DNA of 63,430 nt, filler included. It is 8 parts of 8 records of this genome, joined end to end, with 100 filler letters (N's around TTAATTAATTAA, not from the genome) between each part and the next. Parts side by side here need not be neighbours in the genome. Positions count along the whole stretch, not along the records: positions 47,402 to 52,410 come from DRR723986_40487; positions 52,511 to 63,430 come from DRR723986_40513; 6 more parts are not named here. One strand, written 5' to 3'. The notes under the pieces are model-generated. The model did not search any database and was not told the DNA's origin. It saw nothing but the letters and a program-made list of their open reading frames with translations. A program made the translations under genes and the position numbers. Below, one piece after another: positions 48,923 through 59,609 of the stretch (positions within the stretch are counted from its first letter, which is position 1; the number at the start of each line of letters is the position of its first letter).

Positions 48923-49150
48923 TTAGAGCTGCCAGAACCTGAGCGCGCGTTCGCGATCCGCCTCAAGGCGGGAAACGCCAATGTCTTTTAACAGGCGTAT
49001 ATCCAGCTTTTTCAGTTGTTTTCTCGTGCGTTGGCGGGTGTCCCACTCTGTGACTGCATAAGCAAAACGGACTGCCAGCGTTGCCACCAAAGGCAGCCGT
49101 GGGCTTGCGCTGAGCAGGGACAGATCGTGGGCCGAGATTGCACGTGTCAT
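48923..49150 (-). CDS. DUF1127 small protein
   Basis: W..RQRTRKQL..LD..LLKDIGVSR…FW. Confidence 0.88.
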   Translation of the reverse strand: MTRAISAHDLSLLSASPRLPLVATLAVRFAYAVTEWDTRQRTRKQLKKLDIRLLKDIGVSRLEADRERALRFWQL

Positions 49151-49248
49151 AGTGGGGTCCTTTTCATATTGTATTGACACAATGTTGTGACTTAAGTACA
49201 TTTGATTGATACATTGCGAATTGTGTCGAAATCAAAGGAAAGATTGTA

Positions 49249-50643
49249 ATGGGTACAATTTGGCCTGACGCCTTGCCGAGCTCAAAGGGTCCGAAATACA
49301 AAGCCGTCGCTGAAACCATCCGAGGGGCCATAGAAGGTGGCTCTTTGACAGAAGGCACAAAGTTACCCCCTGTGCGCGAACTGGCCTATCAGTTGGGCAT
49401 AACACCGGGCACCGTAGCGCGCGCCTATACAGTTTTGACCGACGAAGGCTTGCTAGAAGCCGGTGTTGGCCGCGGAACCTTTGTTGCGCCGCCCAAAACT
49501 TCGTTATTGGACGATGTCTGGGCCAGACAAACTGAACCGCCTAAAACCCATAACGTCAGCTTGTTCAGTCCTCGACTTATTGATGTGGGGCAGGTGGCTG
49601 CCATCAAAGATGCAGTGCGTCAGGTTGCCGAGGCCGACCCATGGTTGTTTCTCAATTACCCAACTCGGGACGCCTATAAACCCGTGCGACAAGCGGTTGT
49701 CGACTGGTTGTCGGATTTGCCGCTGGGATCTTTAGGGCCGGAGGATGTCGTCCTGACACATGGTGGACAGAACGGATTGTGTGTGGTGTTTCAGGCCGTT
49801 TTACGTGGTCAACGCCCTGTCGTTCTGGTCGAGGATCTGTCCTATGCCGGATTTCGGCGCGCCGCAGAATTAATGCGCGCTGAAGTTGTCGGGATTGAGA
49901 TGGACCAATATGGCGTTGTTCCGGAAGCTTTGGATGCAGCTGCACGTCAACATGGCGCGCAATTGTTGTGTGTCTCACCAGAAGTGCAGAACCCAACCGG
50001 CGGCCACACCCCCTTGTTTCGACGCAAAGAAATTGTGGATGTGGCGAAGCGTCATGATCTGCAAATTCTCGAAGACGACTGTTACCGGATGGGCGAAGCT
50101 CGTGCGCCCAGCTTTCGGGCCTTGGCACCGGAACGGGGCTGGCATGTGTCCTCGATCTCCAAAACACTGACACCTGCTTTGCGCGTTGGCTTCGCCATTG
50201 CACCACAAGGAAGAAGTACCGATCTTAGGCGCGCCGCAGAGTATGGGTTTTTCGGCTTGGCACAGCCGTTGGCGGAATTGACCCGAATTCTTCTGACTGA
50301 CCCCAGAACGCCTGAGCTGGCGAGGAAAATACGGCAGTCGATGGCTGAATATGTCCGCGTTGCTGTGAATGCCTTGGGTGGTTTTGATTTGAACTGGGAC
50401 CCGGAGGTGCCATTTGTCTGGCTCAAGTTACCGTCAGGATGGCGCGCAGCTGCGTTTTGTCGCGCTGCCGAAGGGCAGGGCGTTCAAATCCGGTCTGCAG
50501 ATGAATTCGCCCTGCGCGATGGGCGCGCGCCTCATGCGGTTCGGATCGCGATGAATGGTCATGTTTCGCTTGAGGCGTTTGAGGGCGCGATGATGCGCTT
50601 GCGTTCGTTACTGGACAATCCACCTGAGCAGATCAGCGTTTGA
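49249..50643 (+). CDS. MocR/GabR-family GntR regulator with PLP-aminotransferase domain
   Basis: KLPPVRELA..LGITPGTVARAY, QNPTG, EDDCY, SISK…PALRVG. Confidence 0.93.
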   Translation: MGTIWPDALPSSKGPKYKAVAETIRGAIEGGSLTEGTKLPPVRELAYQLGITPGTVARAYTVLTDEGLLEAGVGRGTFVAPPKTSLLDDVWARQTEPPKTHNVSLFSPRLIDVGQVAAIKDAVRQVAEADPWLFLNYPTRDAYKPVRQAVVDWLSDLPLGSLGPEDVVLTHGGQNGLCVVFQAVLRGQRPVVLVEDLSYAGFRRAAELMRAEVVGIEMDQYGVVPEALDAAARQHGAQLLCVSPEVQNPTGGHTPLFRRKEIVDVAKRHDLQILEDDCYRMGEARAPSFRALAPERGWHVSSISKTLTPALRVGFAIAPQGRSTDLRRAAEYGFFGLAQPLAELTRILLTDPRTPELARKIRQSMAEYVRVAVNALGGFDLNWDPEVPFVWLKLPSGWRAAAFCRAAEGQGVQIRSADEFALRDGRAPHAVRIAMNGHVSLEAFEGAMMRLRSLLDNPPEQISV

Positions 50644-51082
50644 ACCAGCTCAGCAAACCCTTCTTCTTGTTCAATGGCTCCGGGTCCCCAAAAAACCCAA
50701 CCAATTGTACGATCCGGCCGTCTTGATCCAGAGTTGCAAAGTCATGCCCCTTTAACAGGGGAATACCACCCACAGCCACCATGGCCCACGTGAAATGCGC
50801 AACCTCGTGATGTGGATTGGGCTGGCTGGTTACAACGATCTTCGCGCCTTTGGCCTGTTCGTGAAAAGCATCCATGTAAGCAGCTAGCCCATCCCGGCCA
50901 GCCACATCCCCGTTGGGATCAACATATCGACCGTTTTCGGCCCAGCAGGTTTCCAAATGTGCCATGCGCTTTTGTGGATCGCGCTCGTGCCATGCAGCAC
51001 CATAAGCGGTTAGGACAGTATCAAGTGAATTCATGTTCGCATACTCATAGAGATGCGCAAAAGATTGCATGAACTCAATCAC
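50633..51082 (-). CDS. SnoaL/NTF2-like protein
   Basis: Y..AW.E.D…R…L…W…..YVDP, F.W, G.D….DGRI..L.GFFG. Start may be 51034. Confidence 0.82.
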   Translation of the reverse strand: MIEFMQSFAHLYEYANMNSLDTVLTAYGAAWHERDPQKRMAHLETCWAENGRYVDPNGDVAGRDGLAAYMDAFHEQAKGAKIVVTSQPNPHHEVAHFTWAMVAVGGIPLLKGHDFATLDQDGRIVQLVGFFGDPEPLNKKKGLLSWFKR

Positions 51083-51117
51083 TGAGTAAAGTTAATTGTC
51101 CAAAATGGCAGTGAAAA

Positions 51118-51688
51118 TCAGCTGCAATCTGGCGATCGCGGCAGAGGTTTAAGTGGCTTACTTTTTTCGAGCTCGATCCAAACGGTAATATCGTTGGTGC
51201 CATAGGTCCAGCTGTCCTTACTAACAGCAACAGCGGTTGAGACAGTGGCAGCGACCAAGCCAGCAACAGATGGCCCAGCGGCAATAGCCCCCTCTAATTG
51301 TGGCTTAACTTCGAAATCAGTTTTCAAGTCACGCTGTTGGCAATTTATACGCAGTTTCGTTGGCTTGCCCCTAAACTTTGGGACGCGCAAAGCTGCAGGC
51401 ATTGTAAAGCTCGCGCTGAGTTCTCCGGAATCGAGCACACATAATGCACCAACGATTTCAATATTTTTGCTGCTGTTAACGGCGACATCGCCTGCGCCCG
51501 AAAAACCTTGCTGGGAGCTTTCTTTTTCTTCCCAGTTAAAAGTGTTCGGTCACGCCCAGAATGCGCTGTTGGTTGACGCTTGCATTCTTCAATCACACCT
51601 CGACGGGCGGGGTTTTGATTGAAATCGCGTCTGTGCAAGCCCCACGGGCAAGGATGGCAACAACTGAAACTTTGGAGAAGATGTTCAT
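51118..51688 (-). pseudogene. Degraded lipoprotein gene
   Basis: From ATG 51688: MNIFSKVSVVAILARGAC…PPVEV*, in-frame TGA, then a frameshift near 51550 into the frame of ORF 51118-51438. Confidence 0.55.
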
Positions 51689-51987
51689 TTACATTCAGCT
51701 TTCTTAATGTTTTTCAGCCACGTAGTCCTTAAAGGTGAGTGGGTTCAGTTACTAATCGCGGTAATTGAGGTGCGTCCCTTTGGCATGGTGAAATTGCATA
51801 AAAGAGAGCGACATGCGGATGTGAGAATTTGGGGTATTACTATACCTATTTGCTAAGTGTTTGTTTTAAAGCATTTAATTAACGCGCTTGTGGGTTGACC
51901 CGGTTAAGCTGGGACCCTAAAACCACCAAATCGAATTCGGACCGTTCCATCGGGCCGGTCTAACACATCAAACAGGACTCTCCTGAC

Positions 51988-52410
51988 ATGAAAACCTTTT
52001 CTGCGACCCCTGCAGATATCGATAAGAAATGGATCCTGATCGACGCTGAAGGCGTTGTTCTAGGCCGTCTTGCTTCGATCATTGCCATGCGTCTGCGCGG
52101 CAAACACAAAGCAACCTTCACGCCGCACATGGATATGGGCGACAACGTCATCATCATCAACGCCGACAAGGTACAGATGACTGGCAAGAAGCGTGAAGAA
52201 AACTTCTACTGGCACACTGGCCACCCGGGTGGGATCAAATCCCGCACCAAGCAGCAGATCCTCGACGGTGCACACCCCGAGCGTGTTGTGACCCAGGCCG
52301 TCAAGCGTATGCTGCCAGGCAACCGCCTGAGCCGCGTTCAGATGACTAACCTGCGCGTTTATGCTGGTGCTGAGCACCCCCACGAGGCGCAAAGCCCCGA
52401 AGTTCTGGAC
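51988..52410 (+). CDS. rplM: 50S ribosomal protein L13, 3'-truncated
   Basis: [37 protein letters not shown]. Confidence 0.97.
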
Positions 52411-52510
52411 NNNNNNNNNNNNNNNNNNNNNNNNNNNNNNNNNNNNNNNNNNNNTTAATTAATTAANNNNNNNNNNNNNNNNNNNNNNNNNNNNNNNNNN
52501 NNNNNNNNNN

Positions 52511-52958
52511 CCATGTCACTTTCGGTTTTATCCAAAACCTCCGTCTTCCACCCCCGCGATTCCGCATAATGGAGATACATGCGCAGGAGATCGGCGGCAA
52601 ACAAGGCGCTTTCTTCGCCGCCCTCGCCACCTTTGATGTCCATGATGACATCCCGACCATCGTCAGGGTCACGAGGAATCAGCAGTGATCGCAAGCTTTC
52701 GGTTGCCTCGACAAGAGCCTGCTCTAATCCTGGAACCTCTGCTGCCATCGATTCGTCTTCGCTGGCGAACTCTTTGGCCGCTGCTACGTCTTCGGTGAGA
52801 CCCACCATCCGCTCGTGAGCAGCAATGATTTTGGAGAGCTCCGCAAACCGACGATTGAGTTTTTTCGAGAGACCTGCATCAGCGTGGACCGCGGGGTCGC
52901 CAAGCCTGACTTGAAGCTCGGCGTGCTCCGCGATCAACGCATCAACAGAATCAAACAT
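52511..52958 (-). CDS. prfA: Peptide chain release factor 1, partial
   Basis: [30 protein letters not shown]. Confidence 0.95.
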
Positions 52959-52966
52959 GATCAGTC

Positions 52967-54520
52967 TTAGTTGCTAGTACTGGCTTGTTTGCCCATAGCA
53001 ACAAGGAACTCCACGTTAGACGAGGACTTCTTCATGGCCTCCAGTGCCACGTTGAGAGCCGCAGAGGTGTCCAAGGAGCCCATCGACTTCCGGATTCCAG
53101 CAATAGCGGCCGCTTCGTCCGAAGCCAACAGCAAATCATCCCGCTTAGTGCGAGTTGCCGCAATATCCACAGCAGGGAACATTCTCGAGCTGGCGCATCC
53201 GGCATCCAAGTGGAGCTCCCAGGTGGCGGTGCTCGAGATTTCGCTAGCGACAACGTCATCTACAGCCAAACCGGTTCCCGTTACCAGGGTTCCCAGAATA
53301 GTCAGCGATCCGCCGCCATCTACATTGCGAGCCGCACCGAAGAGCTTCTTGGTGGGGTGCACCCACGCGGTGTCACTACCTCCGCGACTCGTGCCACCAA
53401 TGCTCTGCTGGTATGCCCGGGCCAGTCTGGTCAAGGAATCAAAGAGCACGACAACGTCGTGGCCAAGCTCCACCAAACGCTTGGCGCGCTCGATAGCGAG
53501 CTCTGCGATGGTGCTGTGATCATCCGAGGACCGATCGAAGGTCGAGGCAATAACTTCGCCTTTGGCTTCCCGCGCGATTTCGGTAATGGCTTCAGGCTGC
53601 TCGTCTACCAAGACCATCATGATGTGAGCATCAGGAGCATTCACCGCCACAGCGTGAGCCAGGGAATTCAGCAGCGTCGACTTACCGCTTCCCGCGGCAC
53701 CAATGACGACACCTCGTTGTCCCTTACCCACCGGAGCAAAGACATCCACCATGCGACCCGACGTCTCATCGGAGGTGGTCTCCATCAAGTAACGCTGCGT
53801 GGGATACACCGCGCTCAGCGCAGAAAACTCGACTCTGCTGGCAGCTTCGTCCACGGTTTGGCCATTGACACTGTCAATGCTGACCAGAGCGTTGTACTTC
53901 TGTCGCCCTTGGTGTTCTCCTTCACGCGGCTGACGAATTGCACCGATCACGGCGTCACCCTTGCGGAGGTTATATTTCTTGACCTGGCCTAGGGAGACAT
54001 ACACATCGGTAGGTCCTGGCAAGTAACCCTGAGTGCGAACAAACGCATAGTTATCCAGGACGTCCAAGATTCCTCCGATAGGAATCAAGACATCGTCATC
54101 GGAAATTTCGGGTTCGCCATCTTCGCTGTATCCACCGCGTCCACGCCGACGATCACGGCCGCGTCCACGACCTCGGTTGCGGTTATAGCCGCCACCTTCG
54201 CCATTGTCCTCAGAGTTATCATCTCCGTTATCGGATTCTGGGGAAGCGTCGTTCGCTTCTGATTTGGGCTCAGACTTATCGTCTTTAGTCGAGCCAGATG
54301 CTCGCCTGCGGCGAGGTCGCTCGGGCGCGCCTTCGGCAGGAGCATCGCTGCTCTTCGCGTCGGGTGCCGCGGCGGGGGTGCTTTCTTGGTTGGTAGCTTC
54401 TGAAGAGTCAGTGGCCTTGGTGGCCAGAGTCTCAGAATTTACTCTGCGTGGAGCTCGTTTGCGGGGAGCTGATTTTTCAGCTTCTGGCGCACCATTCGAG
54501 TCCGTGTTATCTAAATCCAT
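52967..54520 (-). CDS. rho: Transcription termination factor Rho with N-terminal disordered region and degenerate ATPase domain
   Basis: [62 protein letters not shown] before ATG 54520. thrB-rho-prfA synteny. Confidence 0.9.
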   Translation of the reverse strand: MDLDNTDSNGAPEAEKSAPRKRAPRRVNSETLATKATDSSEATNQESTPAAAPDAKSSDAPAEGAPERPRRRRASGSTKDDKSEPKSEANDASPESDNGDDNSEDNGEGGGYNRNRGRGRGRDRRRGRGGYSEDGEPEISDDDVLIPIGGILDVLDNYAFVRTQGYLPGPTDVYVSLGQVKKYNLRKGDAVIGAIRQPREGEHQGRQKYNALVSIDSVNGQTVDEAASRVEFSALSAVYPTQRYLMETTSDETSGRMVDVFAPVGKGQRGVVIGAAGSGKSTLLNSLAHAVAVNAPDAHIMMVLVDEQPEAITEIAREAKGEVIASTFDRSSDDHSTIAELAIERAKRLVELGHDVVVLFDSLTRLARAYQQSIGGTSRGGSDTAWVHPTKKLFGAARNVDGGGSLTILGTLVTGTGLAVDDVVASEISSTATWELHLDAGCASSRMFPAVDIAATRTKRDDLLLASDEAAAIAGIRKSMGSLDTSAALNVALEAMKKSSSNVEFLVAMGKQASTSN

Positions 54521-54684
54521 GTTTCTCCTTATAAAGCGCCGCAGATGCGGCAACCGATGGTTGCCTCTCCACTGCGTAGTGAGCCAGAGGGCCTGTGGGA
54601 TTTACTCCCCTGTCACGAATGACCCTCGCGCCGTTTAACATGCGTGGCGTTGCAATGATGAGGCTTCTCCCAGCGCCAACTGGT

Positions 54685-55629
54685 TCAGTCGGCGAGCGTG
54701 GGAACTTCCTCCACTGTAGCACCTCGTTCGTCGACGGTGAGCATATGGCTAGCCCACGACCCACCGCCATGACTCTCCACAATGCCGGCTACTTCCGCGC
54801 GTTGAGAGGGATCCGAGCACAAAATCAACACCGAGGGACCAGCCCCCGAGACCACCGCGGCAAAACCCTGTTTGCGCAATTTTTGGAGCAAATCATCGGT
54901 GTCTTGCATCGCACTCGCCCGATAGGTCTGGTGCAATTTATCTTCCGTCGCCTCAAAAAGTAGCTCAGGGCTTTGAATCAAGGCAGCAATGAGCAGAGCC
55001 GATCGAGACAGGTTGAAGATCGCGTCCTGGTGTGGCACGGTATCAGGCTGCAGACTTCTCGCCAGTTGGGTCGACATGCTGGCTTCCTGGGGAACGGCCA
55101 CCACTAAGGAAACTCCGCGGTGGACGCTGAGCTTTTTATGTTTGGGGCCCTGATCTGTCATCCAGGCAATAGTGAGTCCCCCGAACAGTGAGGGCGCAAT
55201 GTTATCCGGGTGCCCTTCCATCTCCGTGGCGATCGCGAGCAGCTCTGAGGCGTCGAAGCTTTCAAAACCCTCCAACAAACCTTTTGCCGCCATCACACCC
55301 GCAACAATTGCTGCACCCGAGGAACCCAGTCCTCGACCGTGAGGGATGGTGTTGTGGGCAACAAGGTGCAGAGCTGGTGCCGTTACTCCCTTGGCGGCAA
55401 ACGCATGAAGAAGTGACTTGGCGATCAGGTTTGTTTCATCAGTGGGAACTTCACCTTCGCCAACGCCGTGCACCTCAACCGTGATGCCAGTGCCCTCCAC
55501 CACGGTGGCACTGAGACGATCCCCCATGGTCAGGGCCATACCTAAGGTGTCAAAGCCTGGACCTAGATTGGCTGTCGTCGCCGGAACAGAAACCTCGACG
55601 GAGCGCCCGAGTGGGATGGCGTGAGTCAT
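54685..55629 (-). CDS. thrB: Homoserine kinase
   Basis: [34 protein letters not shown]. Confidence 0.96.
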   Translation of the reverse strand: MTHAIPLGRSVEVSVPATTANLGPGFDTLGMALTMGDRLSATVVEGTGITVEVHGVGEGEVPTDETNLIAKSLLHAFAAKGVTAPALHLVAHNTIPHGRGLGSSGAAIVAGVMAAKGLLEGFESFDASELLAIATEMEGHPDNIAPSLFGGLTIAWMTDQGPKHKKLSVHRGVSLVVAVPQEASMSTQLARSLQPDTVPHQDAIFNLSRSALLIAALIQSPELLFEATEDKLHQTYRASAMQDTDDLLQKLRKQGFAAVVSGAGPSVLILCSDPSQRAEVAGIVESHGGGSWASHMLTVDERGATVEEVPTLAD

Positions 55630-56765
55630 GAGCTACTCCCCAGTCCCAACACCTGAGCGATGTGGGCAGAATCAATCGGAACTTTGGTGGGTTGTGCGTC
55701 GCTACCATCGGCGTTCTTGAGAGCCCAAGCGGGGTCTTTCAAGCCGTGACCAGTCACGGTGAGAACGACAGTCGCACCCTTATCCAACACGCCCGCCTCA
55801 GATCGCTCCAACAACCCCGCGACACTAATGGCGGATGAGGGTTCCACAAAGACACCGACGGTCTGGGAAAGGAGGCGATGGGCTGCGAGAATCCCGGCGT
55901 CATCGATCTCACCGAAATAGCCGTTGCTATCGGCCTGCGCAGCCAGCGCAAGATCCCACGAAGCAGGATTACCGATACGAATAGCGGTCGCGATGGTGTC
56001 GGGGTTTTTCACCCGTTCACCCCGAACAAAAGGCGCCGATCCCGAGGCCTGGAAGCCAAACATTCGAGGAATTCTGTTGGTAGCACCGCGACGGGCTTCT
56101 TCGGAATATCCGCGGTGATATGCGGTGTAGTTTCCGGCATTTCCAACCGGAAGGAAGTGGTAGTCCGGTGCTTGTCCCAGGACTTCAACTACTTCAAAAG
56201 CCGCCGTCTTCTGGCCTTCGATGCGGTCATTATTGACGGAGTTCACCAAATGAATGGGGTAGTTATCAGCCAAATCCCTAGCCAAATCGAGGCAATCATC
56301 AAAGTTGCCGTTGACTTGCAAAACGTGAGCATTATGGGCGATGGCCTGGGAAAGTTTGCCCATGGAAATCTTTCCATCAGGAACCAGCACTGCTGAGGTG
56401 AGCCCGCCATAAGCCGCATACGCAGCAGCCGAGGCCGAAGTATTTCCCGTCGAAGCGCAAATGACCACTTGGGCGCCGCGCTCTTTGGCCTTGGTCACCG
56501 CCATAGTCATACCGCGGTCTTTGAATGACCCAGTGGGGTTCATCCCCTCAAATTTCACGAACACGCGAAGCCCAGTCATCTCCGAGAGGCTGTGGGCCTC
56601 AATCAGGGGAGTGCCGCCCTCGCCCAAGGTGACCACCGGGGTGGCTTTACTCACATCGAGACGATCTGCGTATTCATGAAGAACACCGCGCCACTGTCGT
56701 GAACCGCGTGCGTGCCGGGGGCCTACGGGCTTGGAGCCTCGAAAAAAACCGCGTTTGCTTGCCAT
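55626..56765 (-). CDS. thrC: Threonine synthase
   Basis: [32 protein letters not shown]. Confidence 0.96.
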   Translation of the reverse strand: MASKRGFFRGSKPVGPRHARGSRQWRGVLHEYADRLDVSKATPVVTLGEGGTPLIEAHSLSEMTGLRVFVKFEGMNPTGSFKDRGMTMAVTKAKERGAQVVICASTGNTSASAAAYAAYGGLTSAVLVPDGKISMGKLSQAIAHNAHVLQVNGNFDDCLDLARDLADNYPIHLVNSVNNDRIEGQKTAAFEVVEVLGQAPDYHFLPVGNAGNYTAYHRGYSEEARRGATNRIPRMFGFQASGSAPFVRGERVKNPDTIATAIRIGNPASWDLALAAQADSNGYFGEIDDAGILAAHRLLSQTVGVFVEPSSAISVAGLLERSEAGVLDKGATVVLTVTGHGLKDPAWALKNADGSDAQPTKVPIDSAHIAQVLGLGSSS

Positions 56766-56770
56766 GGTTA

Positions 56771-58090
56771 CTATCCCTCTACTCGCAACACACCGGCAAT
56801 ACTCACGACCACGGGGTGTTTGCCTAACGCTTCAATCGTGGCCTGGCCCCTGGCTTCAGAGGCTAAGTGCGTTTGAATAACCAGCGTAGCGGTCTGCTCA
56901 CTGCCTTCCGGGCCCATTGCGCCACTTTGGTGCAGCGTTTCGACCGAAACATCGTGATCGCTGAAGACACCCGCAATTGCTGCCAAAACACCGGGCTGGT
57001 CTTTCACGACGACACTGATTTGCAGGCGTGAATTGACATGGGCAAGAGGAATGCTCGGCAGGTCGGCGTGGGTACTCTCCCCCACACCGGGACCGCCCAC
57101 CACGTGACGCCTAGCAGCGGAGACAATATCTCCCAATACCGCTGAGGCTGTTTCTAATCCACCAGCGCCTGCGCCATAGAACATGAGCGGGCCAGCGGCC
57201 TCGGCTTCCACATAGACCGCGTTGTTGGCGCCATGTGCTGCTGCCAAGGGGTGGGTCCTAGGAATCAAGGTGGGGTGAACCCTGGTGCTGACACCTTCGC
57301 GGTGAGTGACGGGATCGACCAGTCGTTCACAAATGGCCAACAACTTGATGACATGTCCCGAGCGTTTTGCCGCGTCCATTTCGGCACTGGTTACCCCGGT
57401 GATTCCTTCCCGATGCACGTCCTCCAACGGAACGGCAGTGTGAAAGGCAAGCGAGGACAAGATGCAGGCTTTTTGAGCCGCGTCATAGCCTTCAATATCT
57501 GCCGTGGGGTCTGCTTCGGCATATCCCAGATCCGATGCGGCCGAAAGCGCTTCGTCAAAGCTCAATCCCTTGGTGTCCATCTCATCCAGGATGTAGTTAG
57601 TCGTGCCGTTGACGATTCCCATGATTTTTGTCACGTGATCGCCCGCGAGTGAATCACGCAGGGGACGAATGATCGGGATCGCGGCAGCAACCGCCGCTTC
57701 GTAATACAGTTGCGCCCCCACTTTGGCGGCAGCGGCGAACAGTTCTGGGCCATGCTCGGCTAAGAGCGCCTTATTTGCGGTGATCACATCCGCACCGGAT
57801 TGCAATGCCTTCAGAATTAGGGTGCGTGCTGGTTCAATCCCCCCCATCAACTCCACCACGATGTCAGCTCCCACCAACAAGGCCTCAGCATCGGTGGTGA
57901 GCAAGTCTTTCGGAATGGGCGTACTTCGTGGGGCGGTGAGGTCTCGAACGGCAACTCCAATGAGTTGCAGACCAGCACCACTGCGTTGACCGAGTTCCTC
58001 TCCCGCTTCCAAGAGACGATGAGCGACCTGGGCGCCCACCGTGCCCCCACCCAAAATGGCAACCCTGAGGTCGCGATAGTTTTCCCGCAT
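56771..58090 (-). CDS. hom: Homoserine dehydrogenase with ACT domain
   Basis: GGGTVG, TANK, YEAAV, NGTTN, GYAEADP, DQPGVLA. Confidence 0.95.
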   Translation of the reverse strand: MRENYRDLRVAILGGGTVGAQVAHRLLEAGEELGQRSGAGLQLIGVAVRDLTAPRSTPIPKDLLTTDAEALLVGADIVVELMGGIEPARTLILKALQSGADVITANKALLAEHGPELFAAAAKVGAQLYYEAAVAAAIPIIRPLRDSLAGDHVTKIMGIVNGTTNYILDEMDTKGLSFDEALSAASDLGYAEADPTADIEGYDAAQKACILSSLAFHTAVPLEDVHREGITGVTSAEMDAAKRSGHVIKLLAICERLVDPVTHREGVSTRVHPTLIPRTHPLAAAHGANNAVYVEAEAAGPLMFYGAGAGGLETASAVLGDIVSAARRHVVGGPGVGESTHADLPSIPLAHVNSRLQISVVVKDQPGVLAAIAGVFSDHDVSVETLHQSGAMGPEGSEQTATLVIQTHLASEARGQATIEALGKHPVVVSIAGVLRVEG

Positions 58091-59529
58091 TAGTGTGCTC
58101 CTCGTTTGGTGGAACCCAGCCCACGGTCCCGTGCGATGAGATTAGCTACCGTTTCGCCTTCGACCATAAGTTCGTGGGTGCCTTGGTTTACCGCAACAAC
58201 GCTGGGGCGCCCGACCGCGTTGTAGTTACTGGAGAGTGAGTAGCAATAGGCCCCCGTGGCCGCCACGGCCAGGATGTCACCGGGGGCAACATCGCCGGGT
58301 AGGAAATCAGCATCGACGACAATGTCGCCACTTTCACAATGCTTGCCCACCACTCGAACAAGCGCGGGCGGAGCATCCGAAACCCTAGAGACGATGCGCG
58401 CGCTGTAGTGCGCTCCATACAACGCCGGCCTGGCATTGTCACTCATTCCACCATCGACACTCACATAGAGCCTGGTGGCCACAGAGGAATCGGGGAGGGT
58501 AACCGCCACGGGTTTGACCACACCCACGCGATACAGGGTGATTCCCGCGGGCCCGGAAATGATTCGGCCTGGTTCAAACGCGAGGTGTGGCATCGGTAGT
58601 CCGCGAGACGATGTTTCGTGGGCCACATGATCCACTATTTGAGGAATCAAATCAGCGATATCCATCGGGTCATCCGCCTCGGTATAGGCGATGCCAAAAC
58701 CGCCCCCGAGATTCATAGTCGGCACCTCGCCTGTTTCGAGAAGTCGCGCGTAGAGATCCACAAGCCTTGTTGCGGATTCCACAAAGCCTTCCACGGCAAA
58801 AATTTGGGAACCGATGTGAGAGTGCAGACCCACGAATTCGAGATTCGGAAGTTCACGCGCCCGCTGAGCTAGGTCGAATGCTTCACTAGGCGAGAGGCCA
58901 AACTTTTGATCCTCGCGCGCAGTAGCCAAGTAATCATGAGTATCGGCGTGGACTCCCGTGTTCACCCGAACCATCACCGCTTGAACAACTCCCAGCTCCT
59001 GGGCTATGGCGTTGATGCGATCCGCTTCAATAGGAGCATCCATCACGATGGCCCCCACCCCCGCAGAGATCGCCTGGCGGATTTCCTCCAGAGATTTGTT
59101 GTTGCCCTGAAATTCCAGCGAGGAAGCAGGCGCACCACCGGCAAGCGCAATGGCGAGTTCCCCACCCGTTGCGACGTCAAAGCCCAATCCCGCCTGCGCT
59201 AACCAGGAGATCACGTGACCAGAAAGAAACGACTTAGTGGCGTAGTACACGCTTCCCGTGGTGCCGTGTGCGTCGCACGCACTCTCCACGACAGATTTCA
59301 TCTTTGTTGCCCGGGCAACCAACTCAGCTTGATCCATCACATACAGCGGGGTGCCATAGCTCTCCACCAGCTCTGAAATGCCCACACCTGAAATCTCCAT
59401 GTCGTGGTGATTCCTGGCCATGTGAGCAGGCCACACACCCGCATGCAGTGCATTCGGATCACGGGGAGCCTGACGCCATGAAGGGGCCAGGGGATGAGCA
59501 GTAGTGATGACGGTCACCTCACGAGTCAA
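58090..59529 (-). CDS. lysA: Diaminopimelate decarboxylase
   Basis: YATK, HSHIGSQ, NLGGG, EPGR, HCESGD, TGAY. Confidence 0.96.
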   Translation of the reverse strand: MTREVTVITTAHPLAPSWRQAPRDPNALHAGVWPAHMARNHHDMEISGVGISELVESYGTPLYVMDQAELVARATKMKSVVESACDAHGTTGSVYYATKSFLSGHVISWLAQAGLGFDVATGGELAIALAGGAPASSLEFQGNNKSLEEIRQAISAGVGAIVMDAPIEADRINAIAQELGVVQAVMVRVNTGVHADTHDYLATAREDQKFGLSPSEAFDLAQRARELPNLEFVGLHSHIGSQIFAVEGFVESATRLVDLYARLLETGEVPTMNLGGGFGIAYTEADDPMDIADLIPQIVDHVAHETSSRGLPMPHLAFEPGRIISGPAGITLYRVGVVKPVAVTLPDSSVATRLYVSVDGGMSDNARPALYGAHYSARIVSRVSDAPPALVRVVGKHCESGDIVVDADFLPGDVAPGDILAVAATGAYCYSLSSNYNAVGRPSVVAVNQGTHELMVEGETVANLIARDRGLGSTKRGAH

Positions 59530-59609
59530 AAGTTGTGTGTGAGGCGAGCGAACCCGGATTGGTCCCTGAAGCCACCATCAGAATAGCGAAAGCTGTGTTG
59601 ACGGCGCTA

